A DNA stretch of 64,000 bases from Octopus sinensis (taxonomy: Eukaryota), in assembly GCF_006345805.1 (NCBI RefSeq), contig NC_042997.1:7440001-7504000 (forward strand), given 5' to 3'. Numbering within the stretch: position 1 is the stretch's first letter; each line of letters opens with the position of its first letter. Below, in pieces: positions 12,844-27,575 of this stretch. The notes under the pieces were generated by a model. The model saw nothing but the letters and a program-made list of their open reading frames with translations. It was not told the DNA's origin and made no database searches. Position numbers and translations under genes: made by a program.

Positions 12844-13664
12844 TGTGTGTGTGTGTTTGTACGTGTCCGCATGTGTTGTATTTCATATTAGAAACAGCTG
12901 GCTCTGCTTTTTAGAGATTAATCTGATGAAAATGCACTTGTGAGTGTGCAAATATTAATATTAAAAATTGTCATTGCTTGCTTTCATTCCCAGTAGATCA
13001 TAATTTACGAATGTCTACACTCAAAAACGGAGGCAACTTCGATATTTCCACATTCATTTTGAGTTCAATTTCGCGTAATTTTTTTTTCCCTAAATTGATA
13101 TATTTTCAAAGCATTGATTTTCAAAACGGCAGTAAAATAACCTAGCCGTTTGTTGAAAACTAAAAGAAAAATTAATTTACGAATAAGATATATATATATA
13201 ACCGTTTCATATCCCACTACTTTTTCATTACAACCTTGTGTAACATAGCTCATGAAACAAATATTTAGAGCAATATTCACACTAATACAAATACTTTCTC
13301 AGTTTTCCAGTAAGATCAAAGTATGGTATTACTAGTAATAATATTCACAATTCAGACTTTCCATATTCATTTTCTAAGAATTTTGTTCCTCTTTTTTAAA
13401 TTGCAGTATAAAAAATTCAATTCTTTAACGCGCCCATTACTCTCTGAGCTAATAAAATGTGTATACATATGTGTATACACACACACTTACACACAGACAC
13501 ACATATATATATGTATATATGTACATATGTGTCTCTCTCTATATATATATAAATATATATATATATATAAATCTGTATTTATATATAGGAAAATATATAT
13601 AAATGCATGAATGTATAAATGTATGCGTGTATATACATGTATATATTTATATATACTCTATATC

Positions 13665-13745
<81 letters not shown>

Positions 13746-14285
13746 GGTGGGGTGTGTGTGTGTGTATGTATATATGTATACGTCAGTTTGTGCGTGTGTT
13801 TTCATTTAACACATTCATGTTCGTTTATATGTTTAAATATGTGTGTGCATCTATGTAGCTTATTTCCACGCTACATCGCTCTCTTTCTTACTTAGCATCT
13901 CATTTTACCTCAGGCTCACTTGTTGAAACAATAGAAGTATTGTTTCACCGTTTTATTTTAGAAGATTATGATTTCATTTGAATCCTTCAAATACGCGTCT
14001 TTGTGAAGAATCTAATAGAATTACGTTCTCATTGTGTCTGTCTTACTGTCTTATGTGTTTGATTCTCATTTGTAAATAATTTTTGATAATTCTTTGTTGC
14101 ACTCTCTCATTGTTATAAATATGAATTCTTTAATATATGTTCAAACTTTAATTTGTTATAATACACTCAAAACATAAAGCAATATATCATGTCTTTATTG
14201 CTAAAAAATGCAAGTGATTTTAATGTTTTATTGTACGTTGATATCTATACTAACAAAAAATAAATGTGCTTAAATTTTGACGTCC

Positions 14286-14354
<69 letters not shown>

Positions 14355-14438
14355 AATAAATATATATAAAGAATGTACGGGGAGAGAAAATACATGAATA
14401 TCTTCATTTCGACGACAACAGCATGCTCGCTTCTTATG

Positions 14439-15110
14439 CAAAAGTCTTTAAGGCTAGGCCTCTTTTAAACTACCTAAGTGGTAAATTCTGTCAGTTTGTA
14501 ACAAGTTCCCTCTTGATGAAGCAATGGTGCCTTATTTTAGTTTTAAGCTTTGGTGCATGGGCAGACCAAATGGACTTTAGTGAAATTCTACCTTTACACA
14601 GGGGCAGGCGACAAAATTACTGATACAACACTTAGTTCCTTCGTTATTAATAGGATCATGCATTAATATAAACAACTGTTTCTCTTCTCCACCTTTGATA
14701 GATGCCTTATGAAAAATGGTCTCTTTTGTGTTGGGACTATTCGAAATGATTGATCAGAAGAAGCACCGCTACAAGATATAAGCAAATATGCGCGACGCAC
14801 TTGCTGTGAAGTTGAGGATAAGGAGAACGGAATTACTAAGATGGCATGATATCAACCAAGTAAATCTTGTAGCCAATTCGGAAGATGAGAATGTTTTAAA
14901 TATTGGCAGCCGTAAGCGATAGAAAAATCTGAGTGAAATACTGTTTATGTATTTCTACCCAATATTGTGAAGCTATATATCATACAAATGGTAAGTGTCG
15001 ATCTATTTGACAAATTAAACGGCCATTATCAAATAAGAATAAGATCAAGAGAATGGTATTGACCTTTGTTTAGATTTTGCCTCAATGGAAGCATTGCAAA
15101 TATTATGGAT
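14439..15110 (+). mobile_element. Decayed piggyBac-type transposase remnant
   Basis: Across frameshifts I read K.RPLLNYL..KF, DEAMVPYF, FKLWCMG, NNCFSSPPL, GTIRND, RWHD..QV.LVAN and VDLFD...GHYQIRIRSREWY.PLF. These are characteristic piggyBac/PGBD motifs. Confidence 0.8.
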
Positions 15111-15371
15111 TCTTTTCTGGTGAATATTTCTCTACTGATATGCTCAGTGCCTCATGATGGTGGCGACATGAATGACAATGGTCATACACATACACACACA
15201 TATATATAACGTTTTTCTAATTCTGCTGATGTAAAATACTTTTATATTTCGGATCCGATCATCATAATGTAATGTTAAAGAAAACTCAATTATGACACTA
15301 CAGCATTTATTCGATATGACCGCCTCCGATTCGAATCAAATCCCAATTTTTTTGTTGCAAAAATATTTCCT

Positions 15372-15870
15372 CAAGCAAGCAGGAATACCAAGCATGTTTG
15401 CACTCCTCACACAAAGACGTATGAGATGGCTTGGACATGATAGCCATACGGACGATGGCGCAATCCCCATGGTGAAATTGCTGGGTGCACTAGGTCTTAG
15501 GAAAGACCGTTATTACGATACAAGGATGTTTGCAAAAGGGACATGAAGGCCTATGACATCAATATTAGCAACTGGAAAGCAGTTGCCAGCAACCGTGGAG
15601 ATTGGCGACGTACCGTAAAAGAGGGAGCATAAAGAAGTAACAGAGGGAGAGACGAGAAATGGAAAAACAAGAAAAGACGTCAACAAGAATCTATGACATT
15701 ACAACCAGCCAGGAAATGTCTTCGCTCTTGCAGTACCAGCCAGAGGGAGCGTCTGTCCAGGATAGGATTACGTAGCCACAGCAGGTGATGTATTAGGACA
15801 TGAAATGTAAAGGCCGAACTAGATTATTTTATGCGCAACTCCATTGTTTCCCGAGACAAAAAGGATGTCA
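15372..15870 (+). mobile_element. RTE (BovB-like) LINE 3' fragment
   Basis: AGIPSMFALLTQRRMRWLGH, YKDVCKRDMKAYDINISNWKAVASNRGDWRRTVKEG and RIGLRSHS (frameshifted), followed by a short 3' UTR running into (TA)n. Confidence 0.85.
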
Positions 15871-15871
15871 A

Positions 15872-15908
<37 letters not shown>

Positions 15909-16370
15909 GATTGAGATATGTATGTTTATATTTCTTATTGAAACTCCTATAGGATTACGCCATTTCAGGGTTTTCTTATCTAATTATGCATAATTTTTTT
16001 ATTATTCTGCATGCTAACGTTATAGAATATAACTGCATATGCATACGTTAATGCACATAGAGACATCTAGCTTATGAAGTCAGTGGAACAACATGGCCAC
16101 GCCAACAATTTAACTCTAAGAGCCATATTGCTAGTGTAAGCATGTCCAAATGTTCAATGAGTGGAATTTGTCTATTCTACAGCTCTTGTATATTTTATCG
16201 ATGATTTTTAGTTTTATTAAGATGAGTCGGGTTTCTCCAATGTAATTTTCGTTGCATCCATTGCATTTGATGTTCTATTTTGCCGAACCGCTACTCCACA
16301 TGTATGAGCGTCTCTGTGTGCGTGATTGTGTTTATGTAAGTGTATGTATACATATATATACATACATATT

Positions 16371-16420
<50 letters not shown>

Positions 16421-16481
16421 ATATATGCATATATGCTCATACATATACACATGTATGTACACATACATGCACATATATGTA

Positions 16482-16533
<52 letters not shown>

Positions 16534-17165
16534 ACTTAGTCGTGATCTGACTGGCATCTTTCTTCATGTTCCTGAAATTTATATTCACAGCTTTATGAGT
16601 ATATTTACCTTCTTTAGGATGTCACTAATTAATATGAGAACTTTACATTGTTGGAAAGCATATATGGTTTTCTTGGCAGCTTGCCTCAAATTCCTGGAAC
16701 TCACATCTACAACTTTATTGGTATATTTACACTCTCTGAGATGTTACTAATTGATTTGAGAACTTTACATTATTGGAAAACCTATATGCAATTAGCTGAA
16801 TATTACTTGACGTATTATATTTGCTGTAATATTTGTAGCTTTAATAAATTGTTGTAGTATGAAACAATTGTACTAAATTACCGGATCCATTCGTGTTGCT
16901 TATGTTTGGGTTATATATATGTGTGTGTGTATGTATGTATGTATGAATCTATGTATGCATATAAACACACACGTGTGTGATGTAGAAACACACTTGCTAA
17001 TGACGTTTTCTTTTCCTTCTTTCGACTTTTCTCTTTCTCCTAGCCGACGAAGAGCTCTGCTCGAATCGTCAAACTCTCGCTTTTTACGACAACCTGATGC
17101 ATTCCTTGTGCACGTCTTCTTTGTGTCTGTTACTTTTTATTCTTCTATTTCAATTTTTTCTGTGT

Positions 17166-17235
<70 letters not shown>

Positions 17236-17356
17236 GATGGGCTTACGATGGGCACATTTCTCATCATTAAAATGCATCCTCAAATCATTGATCTCACGGG
17301 GTCAATAACATATTTTGTATTTTTTTGCAACCCAAGCGTGCGAGGTTGCAAAGTGT

Positions 17357-17383
17357 TAGATAGATAGATAGATAGATAGATAT

Positions 17384-17443
<60 letters not shown>

Positions 17444-17466
17444 TTAGATAGATAGATAGATAGATA
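17357..17466. repeat. (GATA)n microsatellite
   Basis: Direct reading of the sequence. Confidence 0.95.
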
Positions 17467-19059
17467 AAACTTACTTGGAAGAGGATGCGTGGTGTTCAAT
17501 TATATAAAAATATGAATAATATATATATTATTTATATTATTTGGCTCTACAAGTGGTATTCTGCTCGGAACTATAATTCAGACATTAAAATATCGATAAT
17601 GTTTACGTTTAAAATGAAACTGAAATTCAATATGGCAATGTAAATGTAAACAGGGTTCGATAAATGGATGAGAGTAAATTAATGTCATTAGCAGAGTTAT
17701 ATCAAAGGAAATTTCACTTTATATCCAAATGAAAACCCATACATGAAAATGTCACTATACTGTAGACTCAGCAATTCCCAATGGCTCTCGGTAAGCTAAG
17801 AAGATATCTATGTATATCGTATAGCACACACGTTTTTGTATAATAGCATATTTGAGTCTTAAACCTGTACAAATTTGAATGGTTATGGTGGAAATATATG
17901 ATTTAGTATTTGTTAAAAGTAAATAAATAATATTTTCAGTTAAATACATTGGGAAGTAAAAACAATAGTATGTATAGCAAAGTATAAGGATTTGCTTCAA
18001 AATTTCTACTAAATAGCTGTTTTGATGTTGTTTAATAGTTGTTTATTTTTCCATATTTATCGCTGCCTTGTGTACATAAATTATATTAATTTATATTTAT
18101 TGTGTTCAATATATTTACCAAAGGAAATAAAAGTGTTACAAATATGTCTACGGGAATATTAAAAGTAGTCGTTGTTATTTTTGAAAATAATTTATATGTT
18201 GTTTTTGCATTTTACTACGTCTACTTGAACAACAATGTGTATATAAAGACGACATAGCCAATTGCCATGTTCGTTGTACATAATAGACTAGTCAAATACT
18301 GCAGTCTTTTCAATCGACCACACAAAGTATATATATTTTTTCAAACAAAATAGTCTTTGATCAGATACAAACAGATGACAAGTATTTCCAACTGGAACGC
18401 TTTTCATATTACTTCTGACTGTTTTTTATTTCTTTTAGAACAAACATTTGGTCTGAGGTCGATTTAGCTATTTATCCTGGGTAAAGCTTCCAGGAAAATA
18501 GTACGTACCTATTTCTTTTGCACAAACCAAGCATCACCAAGAAATTATATATTAATATTTACCATCTGTTAGTAGATATATAAAAGACAAAATAGATTTA
18601 AAAAAAAGAGATATGGTATTTGGAAAATTGCAAGAGAAAAAAAATACGGTTGTCAGAAAATTATTGAAAGCCTCTGAGAGAAGAAACCGATACATTTGTC
18701 TCAAGAGAAAGAATGGGTGGTACAGCAAGAACTAGTATTGAGGTTTGGAGAAACTTTTGACTCAATATATTTGATTCAGCAAAACTCTGCTGTTGTACAG
18801 GGGTGTTGTCGCCTACATCGGTGACTGGCTTCAAGCAGCTCTAGTGTCACGGTGGAATACACACAAACACCTACGCTGGTGTTTCACCACCCGAGGAGAG
18901 ATGGGTGACTGAGTACAGTAATATTTTATCACTAAATAGTTTACTCTAAGCATCCGTTTCAGTTTTTACGCAAATAGTCTTACATTTTTGAGTAGATTAG
19001 AGGACTGATTCTATCCATTGAAATATAAACGGCTGTCTAGATGGCAGGGAACAGATAAG

Positions 19060-19880
19060 ATTTCTACTAGGTCATATTAGCCAGTGGAGTTTTGGGTGAC
19101 ACTGTCGTGTCTACGCTTGTACTCTTTCTGCGCAAGACTTTCACAAGGACTAACAACGTGAGTCAACCTTTTGACCCTCTTCCCATACATCCTGCAGAGA
19201 TCCGTTGCACTTGTGTGGTATATAATTTAATACCTGGCCCTGGGTAGCGATGATAAGGTTTTCAATATTATTTGTTAAGTCGATCATTCTAAGCTACCTC
19301 CATGATTCCTGCTCTTTTAGTTTGTTGGTTTCACGGTGGAATTGACCATATAATTCCATACGGAGTAGTCTTTCTTCTCTCTCGTTGTCTGTTCTTGATC
19401 GAAAATCATGAGCACTCTCACGTCCATTTTTGTTAAATCATTCTACATATTTACCAAATATTCTGCCATGTTTCCTCGTTCCCTGTTGATGCTTTCCCGT
19501 ACGTTAATCAGCCCACAGTTTTGCCACTCATCGCAAGATATTGTCCAGCTTAAGGATTCCAAGGTATTAGTACTAATTATCATCCGGGTCTTTCATTCTC
19601 TCTCCGTTTGGCAAATCTATGCCCTTTAAAATATACTCTTTTCCCCCCGCTTAAAAGTAAGCACCGGACACTCCGAAACAAATTACATCCCTTTATACTT
19701 GATGCACATTTGCGCAGTCGAACGAGCCTCGCCATTTCAGGCACTGTTTTAGTGAATATTTTAAAATCATCCATGAAGAGAAGGTGATTGAGACGGGCTC
19801 CATTCTCTCTCAGCTCGTAGTGCACCTTGACTTTGCGTAGGACTAGAGGAAGTGAGATCAAGTTTGTAACGAATGACAGA
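19060..19880 (-). mobile_element. 5'-truncated, decayed R4/Dong-like non-LTR fragment (RT end plus zinc-knuckle region)
   Basis: LNHLLFMDDFKIF (RT active-site loop), then HGQFHRE and CESLAQKEYKRRHD. An (AAT)n tract lies just upstream on the element strand (19955 onward). Confidence 0.8.
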
Positions 19881-20020
19881 GTTGAACAAAAGATAGTATT
19901 TTGATTGTTACCTCTGCAAAGTGCTGGTTGCTGCAGGAAAGACCTATTTTCCAAATATTATTATTATTGTTAATTATTGTTATTATTATTATTATCATTA
20001 TTATTGCTATTATTATTTTA

Positions 20021-20067
<47 letters not shown>

Positions 20068-20119
20068 AACTACTACTACTACTACAACTACAACTACTAC
20101 TACTAATACTACTACTAAT

Positions 20120-20177
<58 letters not shown>

Positions 20178-20191
20178 TTTTATTATTATAA

Positions 20192-20339
20192 AGGCAAGGA
20201 GTGGCTTGTTTACCAACCATATGATTCCCGTTTCGGTCTCACTACTTAGTCCCTTAGACAAGTGTCTTCAGCTATATCCTCGGGCCTACCAAATCCTCTT
20301 AAGTTGATTTGGTAGGCGGAAAGTGTAAGAACCCCGTCA
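20192..20339 (+). mobile_element. SINE head fragment (same family as 42957-43450)
   Basis: Degenerate match to 'ggcgtaggagtggct...caagtgtcttctactatag...gatttggtagacggaaactg'. Confidence 0.7.
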
Positions 20340-20347
20340 TATATATA

Positions 20348-20395
<48 letters not shown>

Positions 20396-20405
20396 TATTT
20401 ATTTT

Positions 20406-20452
<47 letters not shown>

Positions 20453-20456
<4 letters not shown>

Positions 20457-21287
20457 GGTCCCGGGTTGAGTCGGGGTTAACCACAGTAAATAGGGTACTC
20501 AATACATAGCAGAGTAAATTAATTTATTATATAGAAGGAGCTTCTACAGGACTAGAACTGTTTCATTCAGAGAAATCATCAGGAAGCTAGTTGACAAGAG
20601 TTGTTTTGGCATTTATACATTTAGGCAGGTTTAAAGGGGTGGTGGTGGGGAACTTTTTGGGGGTAGGCATGGCGCAAAACTATCATTCCTTAGGGGAGTG
20701 GTCAAAGGAATCGGTGGTAAAGTAGATAAAAGAATAAAAAAAAGAATAAAAGAATAAATAGAAAAATAGAGTTTTAGGTAAATAAGGAGACTCTCACTGA
20801 TACATATACATATATATACACATACACATACACCCGCATATTCATATATATATATATATATATATATAATTAATCAATATAGGCCACCCTATATTGATTA
20901 ATTATGAATTTTCTGGTGAATTCCGTAATGGAATCGACGGCTTATATTTATTTGCTGCCGATAATTTTGGCGCGAGTGCGTTGATTTGAAAATTTTAGGT
21001 CAGATATTGCCTTGGCAGGGTCGGAAATGCCTCGTGAAAATATCTGAGCCGATTTGGCTATTTCTTACTGAAGAATCTGAGGGCCTATGGAAGATTGGCT
21101 TGATTTAATTTAATCAGGTTAGTTTACCATTAAACAGCAGATGAAACGGTGCATCGTATAAGAAATTACAGGGTAAAGGTTTTTAAATTTTCTCCTGGTT
21201 TACGGAATTGATTTTTATTTGCGGTTGAAGCTTTGGCTGTTATTTCTAGTGGGTGAATGGCCTATTATGGCCGTTCCTTGATTGTTG

Positions 21288-21320
<33 letters not shown>

Positions 21321-21900
21321 TACACACACATGCATACATATATGCACACACATGCCCATATACACACACATATACACATACGTACATATACATACATACA
21401 CCCATATACATGTATCTACGTACACGCCCATACCCATACTCATACATACACTTATATAGGTCGACACACGTATATATATATATATATACATACGTATATA
21501 CATATATATACACATATACATACACATACATATATGTATACACACTCGCACATATATATACATACACACACATACACATGCATATACATACACACGCATA
21601 CACACATTTTTATTCCCTTATTTTAATTTTATTATTACTTTTGTTTATATCTTTATTTTTATCTTGACCTCGGTCAGCCACCCCGGCTGTCATCCCAAGG
21701 GATGGTCTAAAGAGTCCATTTATATATACGTGTAGTTACCCATTATACAGACGGATACATACATATAAACATACACATATATGCCTAATTACACATATGT
21801 ATATATACATACATACATACACACATAACTCTACATACCTACATATACATAAACAAACAAGCGTACACATGGGTATGGGCGTGTACGTAGATACATGTAT
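20453..21900 (-). mobile_element. Hammerhead-bearing, microsatellite-rich non-coding repeat, copy 1 (Penelope-like or retrozyme-like); contains a ~420-bp insert at ~20870-21290
   Basis: It is the inverted complement of ~23000-24764, with the same non-repetitive anchors in the same order. The terminal arms 20523-20844 and 24442-24764 show few differences. Confidence 0.7.
20539..20588 (-). ncRNA. Type I hammerhead ribozyme (predicted)
   Basis: The minus strand reads AGCUUC-CUGAUGA-U-UUC-UCU-GAA-U-GAAA-CAG-UUCUAGUC-CUG-UA-GAAGCU. It has a 6-bp stem I, both conserved core segments, stem III and a GUA cleavage triplet. Confidence 0.85.
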
Positions 21901-22608
21901 ATGGGTACATATATATATGTATAGAAATGCATGGGTGTTAGTTGGAATATACGCATGTATGTGAGTGCGTGTATATGTATGTGTATGTACATGTGTATGT
22001 GTATGTGTGTGGTTTTATTTATATTTATATATATATATATATGTATGTGTATGTGTATGTATGTGTATGTATGTATATGTATATATATATATGCGTATAT
22101 ATGTGTGTATGTATGTGTATGTATGTGTATGTATGTATATATATGTATATATATATATATGTGTGTACGCTCGTGAGTTTATGTATATGTAGGTATGTAG
22201 AGTTATGTGTATGTGCATGTATGTATGTATATATACATATGGGTAAATAGGTATATATGTGTATGTTTATATGTATGTTTCCGTCTGTATAAAGGGTAAC
22301 TGCATGTATATATATTTATTATTTATTATTTAGGGTAACTGCATGTACATATATATATATATGATTTATTATTTATTATTTATTACTTGAGTATGCGTTT
22401 GTATGCATGTATGTATTTATGTATATAAGGAGGCGCGTGAGTGTGTGTATGTGTATGCATTTGTATAAACATATGTATACATTTATGCATGTATGTACTT
22501 ATGTGTATATATATATATATATATATAATAAATATTAGGGAATAAATCCAAATTTACAGGGAAAAAATCAGATTTAGGATTAAATCCAATTTTATAGTAA
22601 AATATTAT

Positions 22609-22748
22609 AAATATTATTAGAGACAAAACCACTATTTTGCAAAACAAACAAGGATAGACTTAATCAATACATAAAATTTATTAAAATTTTATGTATTGAT
22701 TAAGTCTTTCCTTGTTTGTTTTGCAAAATAGTGGTTTTGTCTCTAATA

Positions 22749-22754
<6 letters not shown>
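22609..22754. repeat. Near-perfect palindrome, 71-bp arms and a 4-nt loop
   Basis: 22609-22679 pairs with 22684-22754 with a single mismatch (aggatagact versus aggaaagact). Confidence 0.95.
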
Positions 22755-22789
<35 letters not shown>

Positions 22790-22811
22790 TATATATATAT
22801 AATATATATAT

Positions 22812-22865
<54 letters not shown>

Positions 22866-22940
22866 GTGTATAATATATATGTGAATGTGTGTGTATATGT
22901 ATATATGTGTGTATTTGTGTGTATATATGTATATATATAT

Positions 22941-22979
<39 letters not shown>

Positions 22980-22981
<2 letters not shown>

Positions 22982-24395
22982 ACGCTTGTGTGTTTATGTA
23001 TATGTAGGTATGTAGAGTTATGTGTGTATGTATGTATGTATATATACATATGTGTAATTAGGTATATATGTGTATGTTTACATGTATGTATCCGTCTGTA
23101 TAATGGGTAACTGCACGTATATATATTTATTATTTATTATTTGAGTATGCATGTATGTATATATGTATATGTCTGTGTGCATGTATGTATTTATGAATAT
23201 AAGGAGGCGCGTGTGTGTGTGTATGTTTATGCATATGTATAAACACATGTATACATTTATGCATGTATGTGCTTATGTGTATATATATAGATGCGCGTGT
23301 GTGTGTGTGTATGTGTGCGCATATATATATGTGTGTATGTGTATATATGTATGTATGTATATGTGTATGTATATGTATATGTATGTATATGTATATATAT
23401 ATGTATGTGTATGTATGTGTATGTATGTGTATATGTATATGTGTATATATATTTATTAGTGTATATGTATGGACTAGTCGTCTGTGGGTGTATTGAGGTA
23501 TGTATGTGTATGCGTGTAGATATGAATCTGTAGGTACGTGTACGTATGTGTATATACGTGAATGTATGTAGATGCATGTATGTATGAATATAACACGTGC
23601 GGGTGTGTATGTGTATGAGTGTACGTGTGAGTGTGTGGGCGTGAGTGAGTGTTTGCGTTCGTATCAGTGAGTAGAAAGATAAATGGACCATATAGACCAT
23701 CCCTTGGGATGACAGCCGGGATGGCTGACCGAAGTCAAGATAAAAATAAAGATATAAACAAAAGTAATAATAAAATAAAAATAAGGGACTAAATATGTGT
23801 GTGTATGTGTGTGCATGTATATGCATGTGTATGTGTGTGTATGTGCATATATATGTGCGAGTGTGTATACATATATGTATGTGTATGTATATGTGTATAT
23901 ATATGTATATACATATGTATATATATATGTATATATGTATATATATGTATGGGTTTGTATGTGTATGTATGTATATATATGTGTATATGGGTGTGTGTGT
24001 ATATGTATATATGTATATATATATGTGTATGTATATATATAAATATATATATATATGTATATACATATATATATATATTATATATATATATACATATATA
24101 TGGATATGTGAGCGTGTGTGTATGGGGGTGTATATCCCCTCTTATTTATATATTTATATATATATGTGTGTAGACCTATATAAGTGTATGTATGAGTATG
24201 GGTATGGGCGTGTACGTAGATACATGTATATGGGTACATTTGTACATGTGTATATGGGTGTATGTATGTGTACGTATGTGTATGTGTATATATGTATATG
24301 TCTATGTATGCATATATGTGTGTATATGTATGTATGTATATGTACACATATGTGTATATGTGTGTTTATATGGGCACGTGTGTGCATATGTGTAT

Positions 24396-24440
<45 letters not shown>

Positions 24441-24764
24441 GTGAATATGCGGGTGTATGTGTATGCGTATATATATGTATATGTATAAGTGAGAGTCTCC
24501 TTATTTACCTAAAATTCTATTTCTCTATTTATTCTTTTATTCTTTTATTTATTCTTTTATCTACTTTACCACCGATTCCTTTGACCACTCCCCTAAGGAA
24601 TGATAGTTTTGCGCCATGCCTACCCCCAAAAAGTCTCCCACCACCACCCCTTTAAACCTGCCTAAATGTATAAATGCCAAAACAACTCTTGTCAACTAGC
24701 TTCCTGATGATTTCTTTTGAATGAAACAGTTCTAGTCCTGTAGAAGCTCCTTCTATATAATAAA
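22980..24764 (+). mobile_element. Hammerhead-bearing, microsatellite-rich non-coding repeat, copy 2
   Basis: Shares anchors with copy 1 in inverted orientation (ccgtctgtataatgggtaac; gaccatcccttgggatgacagccggg; gggtatgggcgtgtacgtagatac; gaatatgcgggtg; hammerhead). The 5' boundary is approximate. Confidence 0.7.
24698..24748 (+). ncRNA. Type I hammerhead ribozyme (predicted)
   Basis: Reads AGCUUC-CUGAUGA-U-UUC-UUUU-GAA-U-GAAA-CAG-UUCUAGUC-CUG-UA-GAAGCU. Predicted cleavage is 3' of A24742. Confidence 0.85.
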
Positions 24765-24771
24765 AATAATA

Positions 24772-24822
<51 letters not shown>

Positions 24823-25204
24823 ATTATTATTATATATTACTATTATTATTATTATTATTTCATCTTACCTGTAGGATGAACATTAAATAACTGTACAATC
24901 CAGATGTAGGTCATCTCGGACAGAGGTTTTGAACTTTCCAAATTACGTTTATTAACGTAAATTTGATTCTTTCTGTTAGGCTAGATTCACTTATACCAAA
25001 TCTTGACTGTTGCTGCATCAGTGTCATTATACTTCTCTGAACGCTTTGCCGCCGTTAACAAATAGAGAACTGTGAAAAAGTTTTCAAAGTAAAAAATTGT
25101 TAGATAATGCAGTACGGTAATTATGCCTCCCAGTAGAAGAAAGTACCGTCAGATTAAAGTATAATTGTGTGTGTGTGTGTATATATATAAATATATATAT
25201 ATAT

Positions 25205-25522
25205 ATATAGAGGTGCGCTCCATCGTTTAATACGACGAGGATCACATATGATACGATCAGCGGATCAGCTTGCTCGTGAATTTGACGTGCAAGTGGCTGA
25301 GAACTACACAGTGACGTGTATTCTTAATGTAGTTCTCAGGGATATTCAGTGTGACACAGTGTGTGAAATACAGGTACTATTCATTTTTGCCCGCTGGGTG
25401 GATTGGAGCAACGTGAAGTAATTTCTCTTGCTCAAGGACACAACACGTCGCCGGTAATTGAACTCACAAACTTGCAATCGTGTACCGACTGCCCTAATTT
25501 CTAAACCACGCGGATTCACGCA
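25205..25522 (-). mobile_element. Second tRNA-derived CORE-type SINE family
   Basis: The minus-strand head has an A-box-like 'gtggtttagaaattagg' and a B-box-like 'gagttcaattacc', followed by the CORE-like 'gtgtccttgagcaaga'. Confidence 0.75.
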
Positions 25523-25831
25523 AACACACTTACACATATAGATATCATCAGTGCCATGAAGTAATTAGGAGTAAATGGCATCAAATATATAATATCTCGT
25601 TGGGAAAACTAAAGAGCCAGAAAAGTGAGGCTGGATATCCGTTAGAAGGAAGCACTGTGTCGGTATGATGCTTTTACTCATTTTAATATTAGGAAGTTTT
25701 TTTTCCACGGCAACTGCATTGTCAGAGTGACGTTGATAATTTTCATAAGAAGAAAACTGAAGGAAGCACTATCCAATCCTTAAATGCAAAGGATTATTTT
25801 GAATCAAAATTACGAAGCAAATTGTCAAGCA

Positions 25832-27439
<1,608 letters not shown>

Positions 27440-27485
27440 ATATATATATATAAATACATGCATATATCTATATACTTATATACAC

Positions 27486-27522
<37 letters not shown>

Positions 27523-27527
27523 TACAA

Positions 27528-27575
<48 letters not shown>

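Noticed and set aside
19858-20220. Poly-I, poly-T, poly-L and poly-S ORFs, also at 40526-42824 and 43958-44321
   Set aside because: They are translated trinucleotide repeats (AAT, TAC, GAT, GAA) with no sign of coding function.
21215-24655. Many long ORFs (up to 286 aa) rich in Y, I, C, V, M, H and T
   Set aside because: They are translations of TA/TG/TATG microsatellite, which lacks stop codons in some frames. The same applies to similar ORFs across the window.
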